64,000 nt of DNA from a bacterium (GTDB lineage: Bacteria; Actinomycetota; Acidimicrobiia; Spongiisociales; ZC4RG35), in NCBI GenBank assembly GCA_024638655.1, contig JAHEJW010000005.1:30155-94154 (forward strand). The letters are read 5' to 3'. The notes under the pieces were generated by a model. The model was given only the letters and a program-made list of their open reading frames with translations. It did no database searches and was not told the origin of the DNA. Each line of letters opens with the position of its first letter. Within the stretch, counting starts at the first letter, position 1. The translations under genes and the position numbers were made by a program. Shown here piece by piece: positions 20,246 through 29,235 of this stretch.

Positions 20246-21282
20246 GCCCTTTGCTCGAATGTCAGGGTGTGTCGGTCCAATACGGGCCCGTGCAGGCTGT
20301 GAAGGACTTCGACCTGACACTTGAGCCTGGTGAGACGGTTGCTCTGCTCGGTCCGTCGGGATCGGGCAAGAGCAGCGTCATGTACGCGGTTGCCGGGTTC
20401 ACCCGGATATCAGCGGGTCGGATCATTCTCTCCGGCGAGGACGTATCGACGCCGAAAGCCTCGGTCCCCCCCGAGAAGCGCTCGGTTGCCCTGGTATTCC
20501 AGAACTATGCCCTGTGGCCGCACCTCAGTGCCTTGGAGAACGTGGCCTACCCGTTGCGCCGGGCGGCAAAGCCAAAGGCCCAATCCCTTCTCGAAGCCTC
20601 CCACCTGCTCGAGAAGGTCGGGATGACCGAGCTCTCCCAGAGAAAGCCCGCCGAGCTCTCCGGAGGCGAACAGCAGCGCGTGGGCCTCGCTCGGGCTTTG
20701 GCGCGGGCCGCGGACATCTATCTCTTCGACGAGCCGACGGCCCACCTCGATTCCCAGATCCGTGAGTCCGTCGCCAACGAAATCGCCAAGCGCAGGGCCG
20801 AACTCGGGGCGGCGGCAATCTACGCCACACACGACTCCGAAGAGGCGCTGGCCATCGCCGACCGCGTCGTGATTTTGCGAAGCGGCTCGATGGTCCAAAC
20901 GGGAACGCCAGCCGACGTCTACGAACGCCCGATCGACGCATGGGCGGCGCGACTCACCGGCCCGGTCGCAACTTTGAACGCCACTGTGCTCGAAGCCAAG
21001 CCGGGCAAGCTCAAGGTCTTGCTCGACGAGGTCACGGTGATTGCGCACAGTGCAAGCTCGACGCCAACTAGATCGGTTGAGCTGCTGATCCGACCGGAGT
21101 GGGTGAGACCCGGCGGCGAGATCCGTGGGACGGCCGTCGAAGTCTCCTATCGAGGTCCACACACCGACTATGTGATCTCCACCAAATCGGGCCACTTGGT
21201 TGCTCGAGCAGCTGGCTCGCCCCGACTCGAAGTCGGCCAGGTCGGCGGATGGACGATTGAGCGAGCATGGGCCCCGTCCTGA
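20242..21282 (+). CDS. ABC transporter ATP-binding protein (FbpC/PotA-like)
   Basis: GPSGSGKS, LSGGEQQR, YLFDEP, YATHD, TOBE-like C-terminus. Confidence 0.92.
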   Translation: MSPLLECQGVSVQYGPVQAVKDFDLTLEPGETVALLGPSGSGKSSVMYAVAGFTRISAGRIILSGEDVSTPKASVPPEKRSVALVFQNYALWPHLSALENVAYPLRRAAKPKAQSLLEASHLLEKVGMTELSQRKPAELSGGEQQRVGLARALARAADIYLFDEPTAHLDSQIRESVANEIAKRRAELGAAAIYATHDSEEALAIADRVVILRSGSMVQTGTPADVYERPIDAWAARLTGPVATLNATVLEAKPGKLKVLLDEVTVIAHSASSTPTRSVELLIRPEWVRPGGEIRGTAVEVSYRGPHTDYVISTKSGHLVARAAGSPRLEVGQVGGWTIERAWAPS

Positions 21283-21316
21283 AGCCACGATTGCCGTCAG
21301 CCGTTGGGAGGAGTCG

Positions 21317-21703
21317 CTAGCCCAGGCGCCCGCGCCGCGAACCGATCATCACCCCGAGCAGGACCCCGATTGCCAACGCACCACCCGAGCCGATGATCAC
21401 TCTCGAGTCCTGGATCTCCACAGACCTGCCGAGCACGATGCCGAGGATCGATCGTTCCGCTCGCACTTCACGAGCGCCCGCGATCCCGGCTCCTCCCTGA
21501 TCGATGACGACACCGCCCCCTGCCCCGATCATCCAGCTCCCACCCTGCGACACCCGGACGCTGTTCCCGGCAACGATCAGCTGGCCCCCACCCTGAGTGA
21601 TCTCCAGGTTGTCCTTCGCTACCAGGGCAATGGCCCCTCCCTGCCTCAGTGAAACATGGTCACCGGTGATGAAAGGGAAGAAGCCTCGCTTGGCCTCTGT
21701 CAT
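21317..21703 (-). CDS. Small protein with 16-aa QGG repeats and C-terminal hydrophobic tail
   Basis: ATG21703 with GGAGG site; four QGG motifs at 16-residue period; ends GALAIGVLLGVMIGSRR. Confidence 0.7.
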   Translation of the reverse strand: MTEAKRGFFPFITGDHVSLRQGGAIALVAKDNLEITQGGGQLIVAGNSVRVSQGGSWMIGAGGGVVIDQGGAGIAGAREVRAERSILGIVLGRSVEIQDSRVIIGSGGALAIGVLLGVMIGSRRGRLG

Positions 21704-21734
21704 ATCGTTGCCTCCGAGTATGCCTGGAATGCGT

Positions 21735-22310
21735 CTATTCGAGGGCCGAGCCGACGAACTCGACCAACTGTTCGACGAGTGCCTTGCGATCGATCGGACC
21801 GTCCGGTCTATACCACCTCTCGATCGCGTTGATGATCGAGAGGATGAAGATCGAGGCCGTCTTGGGGTCGAGACCTGCTCTGAAAGTGCCCTCGGCGATA
21901 CCCGATGCCAAAACGCTCCTGAAGGCGCTTTCGTAGTGATCACGAGCCGAGATCACACGTCGACGTTGATCCGGGTCGAGCATGCGTGCCTCGTTGAGAA
22001 AAGTGCGAGCGACATCGAGGTTGTCGAGGACCACGTCGACGTGCCCGGAGATGAGGGCGCGTAACCGATCGGGCGATGTGCCCTCGACCGCCAGTGCTTT
22101 CTCGGCCGATGCTTCGAACAGTCGGGCCCCTTCTCTCACCACCTCCACGAGAAGGTCCTGCTTCGAGTCCACGTGCGAATAGAGCGACGAGCCGAGCAGT
22201 CCGAGCTCCTTGCCGAGATCGCGCATCGACGTGCCGTGGTATCCCCTCTGGGCGAACAGGCGTCCCGCCGCGGCCACCACATCGGCTCTGGTGTTTCGGG
22301 TCGTGACCAT
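21735..22310 (-). CDS. TetR family regulator (PaaR-like)
   Basis: LFAQRGYHGTSMRDLG...SLYSHVDSKQDLL; directly follows paaE. Confidence 0.9.
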   Translation of the reverse strand: MVTTRNTRADVVAAAGRLFAQRGYHGTSMRDLGKELGLLGSSLYSHVDSKQDLLVEVVREGARLFEASAEKALAVEGTSPDRLRALISGHVDVVLDNLDVARTFLNEARMLDPDQRRRVISARDHYESAFRSVLASGIAEGTFRAGLDPKTASIFILSIINAIERWYRPDGPIDRKALVEQLVEFVGSALE

Positions 22311-23383
22311 CAGCGGTGGTCGTAGCGAACGACGACCTTATCGGTCGTCGGGTGGGACTGGCAGGTGAGCACATAGCCCGCGTGGACTTCGGAGTCGACG
22401 AGCGCGTAGTTCTTGTCCATGGTGACCTCCCCTTCTTCGATACGCCCCTTGCATGTGGCACACATGCCACCTTTGCAGGAGAAAGGCAGTTCGCTCCTCA
22501 CCCTGAGCGCGGCATCGAGGATCGAGTTCTCCGGCGCCATACGCGTTGTGACGGCCCGGCCGTCCAGTATCACGGTGAGCTCCACCGACCCTTTCCCGGG
22601 CAAGGGCTCCGGGGGCAGTTTCGACTCGTCGAACGGACCGGCGAAGAAGAGCTCGTCGTGGATCCGGTCGGCGTCCACTCCCAACTCGGACAGTGTCTCG
22701 TGTGCATCCATGACCATGTCATAGGGGCCGCACAGATACCAGTCGTCGACCGGACGGGAGCCGATGAGCTTCCGATGGATGAGTCGCAGCTTCTCTGCGT
22801 CGATGCGGCCACTGAGGAGCGGGACGTCACTGCCTTCCCGACTGAGGATGTGAAACAGCTGAAAGCGATCCCGGTAGCGATCCTTGAGACCTTCGAGCTC
22901 GTCGAGAAACATGATCGAGTTCGCCGTGCGGTTTCCGTAGACGAGTGTCCATTGCGCGTCGGGCTCGGCCTCGAGCGAGCTGGAGATCAGAGAGAGCACC
23001 GGGGTGATTCCCGATCCGGCCGCAACGGCCACGGCACGTCTCGGCCTCCCCTGGTCGATCTCGATGGTGAACTCGCCAACAGGGGGCATCACCTCGAGAA
23101 CATCGCCGGCGGCAAGTCGAGTGGTTGCGAAAGTGCTGAACTTCCCACCGCCGAGACGCTTGATGCCAACCCTCAGCTTGCCCGACGACGCGTTGGCACA
23201 GATCGAGTAGGACCTCCGTACATCCTCCCTGTCGATCACCGCCCTCACAGTGACGTGCTGACCCGGTATGTACCTGAAGGTGTCGGCCAGCTCGTCTGGC
23301 ACGTCGAAGGTCACCGCTACGGAGTCCTCGGTCAGAGATGTGACTTCGGTGACGCGCAGGGGGTGAAAGACCAGCTCGCTCAT
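22310..23383 (-). CDS. paaE: Phenylacetyl-CoA epoxidase reductase subunit
   Basis: RRSYSIC, AAGSGITP, YLCGP, 2Fe-2S CKGGMCATC...LTC. Confidence 0.93.
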   Translation of the reverse strand: MSELVFHPLRVTEVTSLTEDSVAVTFDVPDELADTFRYIPGQHVTVRAVIDREDVRRSYSICANASSGKLRVGIKRLGGGKFSTFATTRLAAGDVLEVMPPVGEFTIEIDQGRPRRAVAVAAGSGITPVLSLISSSLEAEPDAQWTLVYGNRTANSIMFLDELEGLKDRYRDRFQLFHILSREGSDVPLLSGRIDAEKLRLIHRKLIGSRPVDDWYLCGPYDMVMDAHETLSELGVDADRIHDELFFAGPFDESKLPPEPLPGKGSVELTVILDGRAVTTRMAPENSILDAALRVRSELPFSCKGGMCATCKGRIEEGEVTMDKNYALVDSEVHAGYVLTCQSHPTTDKVVVRYDHR

Positions 23384-23850
23384 TGCAGTTCTTTGAAGTA
23401 GCCGAACGGCTCACCACACGACGAGCAGACCATCAGTGCCTTGCAGGCCGTCGAGCCGAACCGGGCGATCATCTTCGGTTCGTCGGCACGGCAACGTGGA
23501 CAGACCACATCGGCCTCAGCGGTCGGCGGAGCCACCCCGAACTCGGCGAGTTTCCGGTGCCCCTGTTCCGAAATCCACTCCGTCGACCATGCCGGGGAGT
23601 GCACCGTTGTGACCTCGGCGTCTAGAACGCCTTCCTTCTCCAGAGCGCTGCGAATGTCGTCTGCTATCTGACGCATCGCGGGGCATCCCGAGTATGTCGG
23701 GGTGATGGTCACCACCACCTGGCGGCCCAAGACCTCGACGTCACGCAGCACACCCAGGTCCTCGATGGTGAGAACCGGGATCTCCGGGTCGACCACACCG
23801 GCGACGACTCGCCGGATCCGGGCCGCGTCCAGAGATGCGGCGTTCACCAT
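23380..23850 (-). CDS. paaD: Phenylacetyl-CoA epoxidase subunit D
   Basis: DPEIPVLTIEDLG, TPTYSGCPAM, CPRC, FGSTACK, CSSCGEPF. Confidence 0.93.
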   Translation of the reverse strand: MVNAASLDAARIRRVVAGVVDPEIPVLTIEDLGVLRDVEVLGRQVVVTITPTYSGCPAMRQIADDIRSALEKEGVLDAEVTTVHSPAWSTEWISEQGHRKLAEFGVAPPTAEADVVCPRCRADEPKMIARFGSTACKALMVCSSCGEPFGYFKELQ

Positions 23851-24608
23851 TCCAATCCCGGGTAGCTGCGCTGCATCCACTGCATCTCGGTCAGAAGATG
23901 GCCAAGATGACTGGTGTGGAACCCACTCCTTCCACCGGTCCTCTGGTAGGGATCCTCAGGTACGTGCAGACCGGCCTCGGCGAAGACGTCTCTGATCTTC
24001 GTCTCCCAATTGCTCCGATAGGCGTCCCCCGAACCTTCGAACATCTCTGCGGTGAAACGCCACAGGGCGTCGGCGGCAGTCTGAGCCCGGCAATGCGACT
24101 CATCGGTGCCGTCGCCCATTCGCACCGTCCAGCCGGCTGAGAACCGCAGGTGATAGTGAGCCTCCTTGAGAGCCTTTGCGGCGATGCCGGCAAGGCTGTC
24201 GTCGTTGGATCCCGAGAGGTCCTCCCAGAGGGGGACCTGATAGGCGTCGAAGAAGAGCTGGCGAAGGATCGTGTGGGCGAAGTCGGCGTTGGGCTGCTCG
24301 ACGAGAAGCAGATTGGTGAACTGCCGCTCGTCGCGGAACATGGCGAAATCGTCTTCGTGGCGCCCCTTGCCCTCGATCTCGCCTGCTTGGGTGTAGAGGG
24401 CCCGGGCGACACCGAGATGATCGAGTGCGATGTTCCCCAGGGCGATGTCGATCTCCAGTTCGGGGCCGTTCGAGATCCACCCTCCGAGTCTCTGGGCCAG
24501 GATCATGTTGTCATCGGCGTGGGCGAGCAGCATCGTGACCCGGTCGGTCGGGTCGGGCAGCGGGCTGCCCTGAGGAGGGCCGCTGAGGACCTGTTCGGAG
24601 AACATCAC
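23844..24608 (-). CDS. paaC: Phenylacetyl-CoA epoxidase subunit C
   Basis: GPELEIDIALGNIALD, KALKEAHYH, LLTEMQWMQRSYPG; start may be ATG24605. Confidence 0.93.
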   Translation of the reverse strand: MMFSEQVLSGPPQGSPLPDPTDRVTMLLAHADDNMILAQRLGGWISNGPELEIDIALGNIALDHLGVARALYTQAGEIEGKGRHEDDFAMFRDERQFTNLLLVEQPNADFAHTILRQLFFDAYQVPLWEDLSGSNDDSLAGIAAKALKEAHYHLRFSAGWTVRMGDGTDESHCRAQTAADALWRFTAEMFEGSGDAYRSNWETKIRDVFAEAGLHVPEDPYQRTGGRSGFHTSHLGHLLTEMQWMQRSYPGLEW

Positions 24609-24949
24609 ATCTGCCCCACTTCCTCCGGGATGTCATAGGTAGTGGCCAGCCGATAGACCTTCTCGTTGGCTTCGACGTACTCCTCGGCGGCATCAGGCTC
24701 AAAGGCGTGGACCTCGCTGCTGGGAACGACCCAGACGCTCACACCCTCGCCTCTGCGCGTGTACACGTCCCGGGCGTTTTCCAGGGCGGTTTTGGCGTCA
24801 GGAGCGTGAAGACTCCCAATGTGAACGTGGCTGATGCCCCGCTTCGCCCTCACGAATACCTCCCACATGGGCCAGCCCTCAGCAGTCGAGCCGGTTGTCT
24901 CCTCTATCTCGGCGCTCTCACCCGGAGCGACGGGAACCTCGTACGTCAT
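24605..24949 (-). CDS. paaB: Phenylacetyl-CoA epoxidase subunit B
   Basis: WPMWEVFVR, HIGSLHAPD, ARDVYTRRGEGVSVWVVP. Confidence 0.95.
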   Translation of the reverse strand: MTYEVPVAPGESAEIEETTGSTAEGWPMWEVFVRAKRGISHVHIGSLHAPDAKTALENARDVYTRRGEGVSVWVVPSSEVHAFEPDAAEEYVEANEKVYRLATTYDIPEEVGQM

Positions 24950-25881
24950 CAGGCGACCTCACTCATCGCCTGCTTGGCGGCGTAGGCCGAGGCGGCCTCA
25001 CGGACCCAAGCGCCGTCCTCCCACGCCCTGACCTTGTGCTCGACCCGCTCCCGATTCATCGGGCCGTTGCCCTTGACCACCCGCCAGAACTCCTCCCAGT
25101 CGACCTCACCGAAGTCGTAGTGACCCCGATCCGGATTCCACCTGATCTCGGGGTCCGGAAGCTCGACGCCGAGATACTCGGCTTGGGGAACGGTCATGTC
25201 CACGAACTGCTGTCGCAGATCGTCGTTGGAAACCCTCTTGATCTTCCAGTTCATCGACTGCTCGGAGTGGGTCGAGTCGCCGTCATGGGGCCCGAACATC
25301 ATGAGCGATGGCCACCACCACCGGTTCACCGAATCCTGAAGCATCTCCTTTTGCTCAGAGGAGCCTCGTGACAAACGGAGAAGCAGCTCGTAACCCTGTC
25401 TCTGGTGAAACGACTCCTCCTTGCAGATGCGAACCATTGCTCGCGAGTAGGGGCCGTAGGAGCAGCGGGTCAGCATGACCTGGTTGGTGATCGCTGCCCC
25501 GTCGACCAACCAACCGATCGCACCGATGTCGGCCCAGTTGAGCGTGGGGTAGTTGAAGATCGATGAGTACTTGTGTTTGCCCTGGTGCAACAGCTCCTGC
25601 ATTTCGTCGCGCTTGACACCCAGGGTCTCGGCCGCCGAGTACAGGTAGAGGCCGTGACCCGCTTCGTCCTGGACTTTGGCCATGAGGATCGCCTTGCGAT
25701 GCAAGGTCGGCGCCCTGGTGATCCAGTTGCCCTCCGGCTGCATCCCAATCACCTCGGAGTGGGCGTGTTGGGCGATCTGGCGGATCAAGGTCTTTCGGTA
25801 GCCCTCCGGCATCCAATCGGTTGGCTCGATCTTCTCTTCGGCGTCAACGATCGCCTGAAATCTCTCTTCGGGGGAGTTCAT
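24949..25881 (-). CDS. paaA: Phenylacetyl-CoA epoxidase catalytic subunit A
   Basis: [30 protein letters not shown] (di-iron ligands); TATCAT 6 nt before ATG25881. Confidence 0.96.
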   Translation of the reverse strand: MNSPEERFQAIVDAEEKIEPTDWMPEGYRKTLIRQIAQHAHSEVIGMQPEGNWITRAPTLHRKAILMAKVQDEAGHGLYLYSAAETLGVKRDEMQELLHQGKHKYSSIFNYPTLNWADIGAIGWLVDGAAITNQVMLTRCSYGPYSRAMVRICKEESFHQRQGYELLLRLSRGSSEQKEMLQDSVNRWWWPSLMMFGPHDGDSTHSEQSMNWKIKRVSNDDLRQQFVDMTVPQAEYLGVELPDPEIRWNPDRGHYDFGEVDWEEFWRVVKGNGPMNRERVEHKVRAWEDGAWVREAASAYAAKQAMSEVA

Positions 25882-25890
25882 GAACACATG

Positions 25891-25918
25891 ATAGGCAAAC
25901 GAACGTTCGTTTGTCTAT
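25891..25918. promoter_or_regulatory. Putative PaaR (TetR) operator
   Basis: Perfect 18-bp palindrome CAAACGAACGTTCGTTTG (25896-25913), extending to 28 bp with one mismatch, abutting the paaA -10. Confidence 0.8.
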
Positions 25919-25979
25919 TACCCCAATCAGCCGGGGAACCTTCGGCCGCCATCGATCGTCCAATCCCCGAGCCCAAGCG

Positions 25980-27521
25980 ATGAACACGCCATCTTCGACA
26001 ATCCGTTGGACGATTGCCCTGGTTCTCCTCGTCTCCTTCTCGGTCACGGCCCTTCCTCGCCCTGCTCGGGCCTGCTCATGTGCCGGGCATCCGGACCTGA
26101 GAGCCTCGATTGATGCTTCTGAGGCCGCATTCGTCGGCTCACTCATCGAGAAACAGGACGTCGGCAAGGGCGATTTCGGTGGTGAGGCTGTCTATGTGTT
26201 CGAAGTCGAGGAGTGGGTCAAAGGAGACCTCGGCAAGGTGATCGAGGTCCATTCGGCCTCTGACGGCGCTGGCTGTGGTTTCGAGTTCTTCGGCGGTGAC
26301 CAAATTGGCGCCTTCCTCCGACTGGAGGGTGGAGAGCTCCGCAGCGGGCTCTGCGAACAGGCCGATCCAGACGCCCTTCTCGTGGCGGCCAATGGACCGG
26401 TCACGAGCACAAGCGGAATCGGTCACCTCCTGGTTGCCCATGGTTGGTCGTCACCACGACTCACCGTCCTCGATCGCGACGGCGCCACCGTCATCGATCT
26501 CACGCCGATCGGCGAATTCGAGCTCTTCACCGGGACCAGTCAGCTGGTCGCATGCCCGCAAGGCAGATACGCGGTTCAATTGACTTCAGAGACGGTGGCA
26601 GTCTGGGATCTCGCGACGCTCGAGATGAAAGCGTGGTATCCCGCCACGGGCTCCAGCGGCCAGGAGTGGATACGCACGATCTCGTGCCGGTCGGCCGACG
26701 CCACCTCCATTCTCGCCGTGGCCCAATCGGGGACCGGAGCAAGCCTCTACGAGATCATCCCCGAGTGGGAGCCACTGATGGCATTGCCCGGAGAGACCTG
26801 GCACATCGGGACCTCATACGTGATCGCTCAGACCGGGCATGAGAGCGATCCAGTGCTCATCGATATGGCCACCGCCGAGGAGATGCCTCTTCACGAGACA
26901 CCCGAAGGTGAACTCCAGGCCATCAGCGTCGCACCGCATCCAAGCCGGGACCAACTCGCCATGCTCGAAACCCGCTTCCCCGGCGGCCCCGGCAAGGTCG
27001 AATCAACCCTGTTCCTGCTGAGCTCGAGCGGCGAGACCCTTCGCAGCTATGACATACCCTGGGAGGCCTACTCGCCGGTCTGGCTCGACGACCACCGCTT
27101 GCTGGTTCAGGCGTACGACTTCAACGACTGGGGGCGGCGCTTTGGCTACGTATTCGATATGGGCTCGGACGACCCAACCGTCATCGAGAGCTGGCGGGGC
27201 GACCATCCGGTGGCTGATGGATCGACGATCTACGCCATCGACGGGGCCCGAGTGGTGTCAGCCAACACCTCCAACGGTGAGATCGAGACTCTGGCCACTC
27301 TTCCCACAGAGTTCGCCGGGCCGATCCTGAAGCTCCACGACCCAGAACCCGTTGAGTCGACGACCTCAACGACGGAGCCCGAACTGGGCACTACGCCACC
27401 CCTGGTCGCACCCGAGGGTGACATCGCCGCAGTGCCGTCGGCCGGCCTCCAGTGGTTGGCCGGAACCGTGTTGGTCGGATTCGTGCTCGGTCTCATCTGG
27501 TTGGCCAGGCGCCCGGCATGA
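25980..27521 (+). CDS. Secreted, C-terminally anchored protein with TIMP/NTR-like N-terminal domain
   Basis: Signal peptide ending ARA|CSC; AAFVG, FEVEEWVKG, AGCGF, SGLC; Thr/Pro linker and TM+RR tail. Confidence 0.65.
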   Translation: MNTPSSTIRWTIALVLLVSFSVTALPRPARACSCAGHPDLRASIDASEAAFVGSLIEKQDVGKGDFGGEAVYVFEVEEWVKGDLGKVIEVHSASDGAGCGFEFFGGDQIGAFLRLEGGELRSGLCEQADPDALLVAANGPVTSTSGIGHLLVAHGWSSPRLTVLDRDGATVIDLTPIGEFELFTGTSQLVACPQGRYAVQLTSETVAVWDLATLEMKAWYPATGSSGQEWIRTISCRSADATSILAVAQSGTGASLYEIIPEWEPLMALPGETWHIGTSYVIAQTGHESDPVLIDMATAEEMPLHETPEGELQAISVAPHPSRDQLAMLETRFPGGPGKVESTLFLLSSSGETLRSYDIPWEAYSPVWLDDHRLLVQAYDFNDWGRRFGYVFDMGSDDPTVIESWRGDHPVADGSTIYAIDGARVVSANTSNGEIETLATLPTEFAGPILKLHDPEPVESTTSTTEPELGTTPPLVAPEGDIAAVPSAGLQWLAGTVLVGFVLGLIWLARRPA

Positions 27522-27654
27522 TCGGGCCGGAAGTTGCATCTTCTGGCCGTAAGTGACCGCTGACCACCCCGGATTCGAGTTTAGGGATTGTTGAGATCCC
27601 GTTTCGGGATTCCATAGATCCGGGATCGAGGCTGTTCGCATACAGCAAAAGGAG

Positions 27655-28407
27655 ATGCGTATGCGCAAATTGCGCCTCATTGCGATCCTGGCGGCACTGT
27701 CGATGCTGGTTCTCCTCTTCGGAGCACCTTCGGCTGTGGCCAACCAGGAGCGCACCTACCAGGTGACCATCACCAACCTCACCGGCTCCGGCGGCGACCC
27801 GGGCGTACCCACGGACGGCCAACCCTTCACGCCGGCCCTCGTTGCCACCCACAAGGGCAGCGACGGCCTGTTCACGGTGGGCAAGACGGCGAGCTTCGGT
27901 CTCAAGGAGATCGCCGAGAACGGAAATCTCGGCCCGATGATCGATCGCGTCTCCAACGATGGGGACTTCGCCGACCTGGAAGTGCAGATGGGAGATATCG
28001 CACCACCCGTGCTTCCCGGAGAAACGGTGACCTTCGAAATCACCGCGGGGCCGCCCTTCAACTTCCTGTCATGGGCCTCGATGCTGATCTGCACCAACGA
28101 CGGGTTCACCGGTGCCGATTCGCTCAAGCTGCCCAACCGGTTGGGAGACTCGGCGCATGCGTACACCAACGCCTATGACGCCGGCACCGAAGTCAATACC
28201 GAGGACTTCGCCGACATCGTGCCCCCGTGCCCGGCGCTCACCGGTGTGATGACCGATGACATGGGAACCGGCACGAGTGATCCCACACTGGCCGAAGGTG
28301 GGGTGATCCACCACCACGCCGGTATCGCCGGAATCGACGATCTCGATCCTCTGATCCATGGCTGGACCGATCCTGTGGCCAAGATCACGGTCGAGCGCAC
28401 CGGCTGA
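27655..28407 (+). CDS. Secreted spondin (Spondin_N) domain protein
   Basis: YQVTITNLT, QPFTPALVATH, LKEIAENG, SMLICTNDGF, YDAGTE. Confidence 0.85.
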   Translation: MRMRKLRLIAILAALSMLVLLFGAPSAVANQERTYQVTITNLTGSGGDPGVPTDGQPFTPALVATHKGSDGLFTVGKTASFGLKEIAENGNLGPMIDRVSNDGDFADLEVQMGDIAPPVLPGETVTFEITAGPPFNFLSWASMLICTNDGFTGADSLKLPNRLGDSAHAYTNAYDAGTEVNTEDFADIVPPCPALTGVMTDDMGTGTSDPTLAEGGVIHHHAGIAGIDDLDPLIHGWTDPVAKITVERTG

Positions 28408-28421
28408 GCACGCGATCTACT

Positions 28422-28452
28422 GCTGGAGAGCCCGACATTCGGGCTCTCCAGC
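28422..28452 (+). terminator. Terminator-like hairpin without U-tract
   Basis: GCTGGAGAGCCCGA-CAT-TCGGGCTCTCCAGC, perfect 14-bp stem just after the spondin stop. Confidence 0.6.
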
Positions 28453-28467
28453 CCGAACTGAGTTTCG

Positions 28468-29235
28468 GTGTCCTTTAACCCCCTAGACGCATCCTGGTGG
28501 TCAGATGAGAGCGACCACGGTCGGGATGAGCAGTTGAGACCGGCAATCACCGCGGGTAGGCGTGTGCTGGTTGTGGATGACGAGGACACGGTGAGGGAGG
28601 TCCTGTGTGCCTACCTGGACCGTGGCGGATTTGATGTCGCCGAGGCCTCCGACGGCCCGGGCGCCCTCCGAGCCGTCCGCGAACAGCGGCCCGACCTGGT
28701 TCTGCTCGACGTCATGCTCCCTGAGATCGACGGGCTCTCGGTTCTGACCGAGATACGCCAGGACAGCGCCGTCCCGGTGATCATGCTCACCGCACTCGCC
28801 GACGAGGGCGATCGCGTGCTGGGCCTCGAGCTGGGCGCCGACGACTATGTGGTCAAGCCTTTCTCGCCGCGCGAGGTGACGGCCAGGGTCAAGGCCGTCC
28901 TCAAACGCGCATCGGCACCGGATCGCCCCACCCTGCGGCTCGACTACGAGGGACTATCCATCGACAGCGCGAGCAGAGATGTGATGGTGATGGGCCGAGC
29001 CATCGAGCTGACCCCGAAGGAGTTCGACTTGCTCTCGTTCCTGGCAGCTTCTCCGAGGCAGGTGTTCAGCCGGGGCCAGCTCCTGGAGCAAGTCTGGGGA
29101 TCATCCCGCGAGTGGCAGGATCCTTCCACGGTCACGGTCCATGTCGGCAGGGTCCGCCAAAAGATCGAGGACAACCCCAACGCCCCGCGATGGCTCACCA
29201 CCGTCTGGGGAGTCGGATACAGGTTCGAGCCTTGA
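28468..29235 (+). CDS. OmpR/PhoB family response regulator (true start probably downstream)
   Basis: VLVVDD, LLDVMLP, GADDYVVKPFS, winged-helix TVWGVGYRF. Confidence 0.93.
   Translation: MSFNPLDASWWSDESDHGRDEQLRPAITAGRRVLVVDDEDTVREVLCAYLDRGGFDVAEASDGPGALRAVREQRPDLVLLDVMLPEIDGLSVLTEIRQDSAVPVIMLTALADEGDRVLGLELGADDYVVKPFSPREVTARVKAVLKRASAPDRPTLRLDYEGLSIDSASRDVMVMGRAIELTPKEFDLLSFLAASPRQVFSRGQLLEQVWGSSREWQDPSTVTVHVGRVRQKIEDNPNAPRWLTTVWGVGYRFEP

Noticed and set aside
27570..27630. GGAT(T/C) repeats upstream of the spondin gene as an OmpR box
   Set aside because: Spacing is irregular and the match is too weak.
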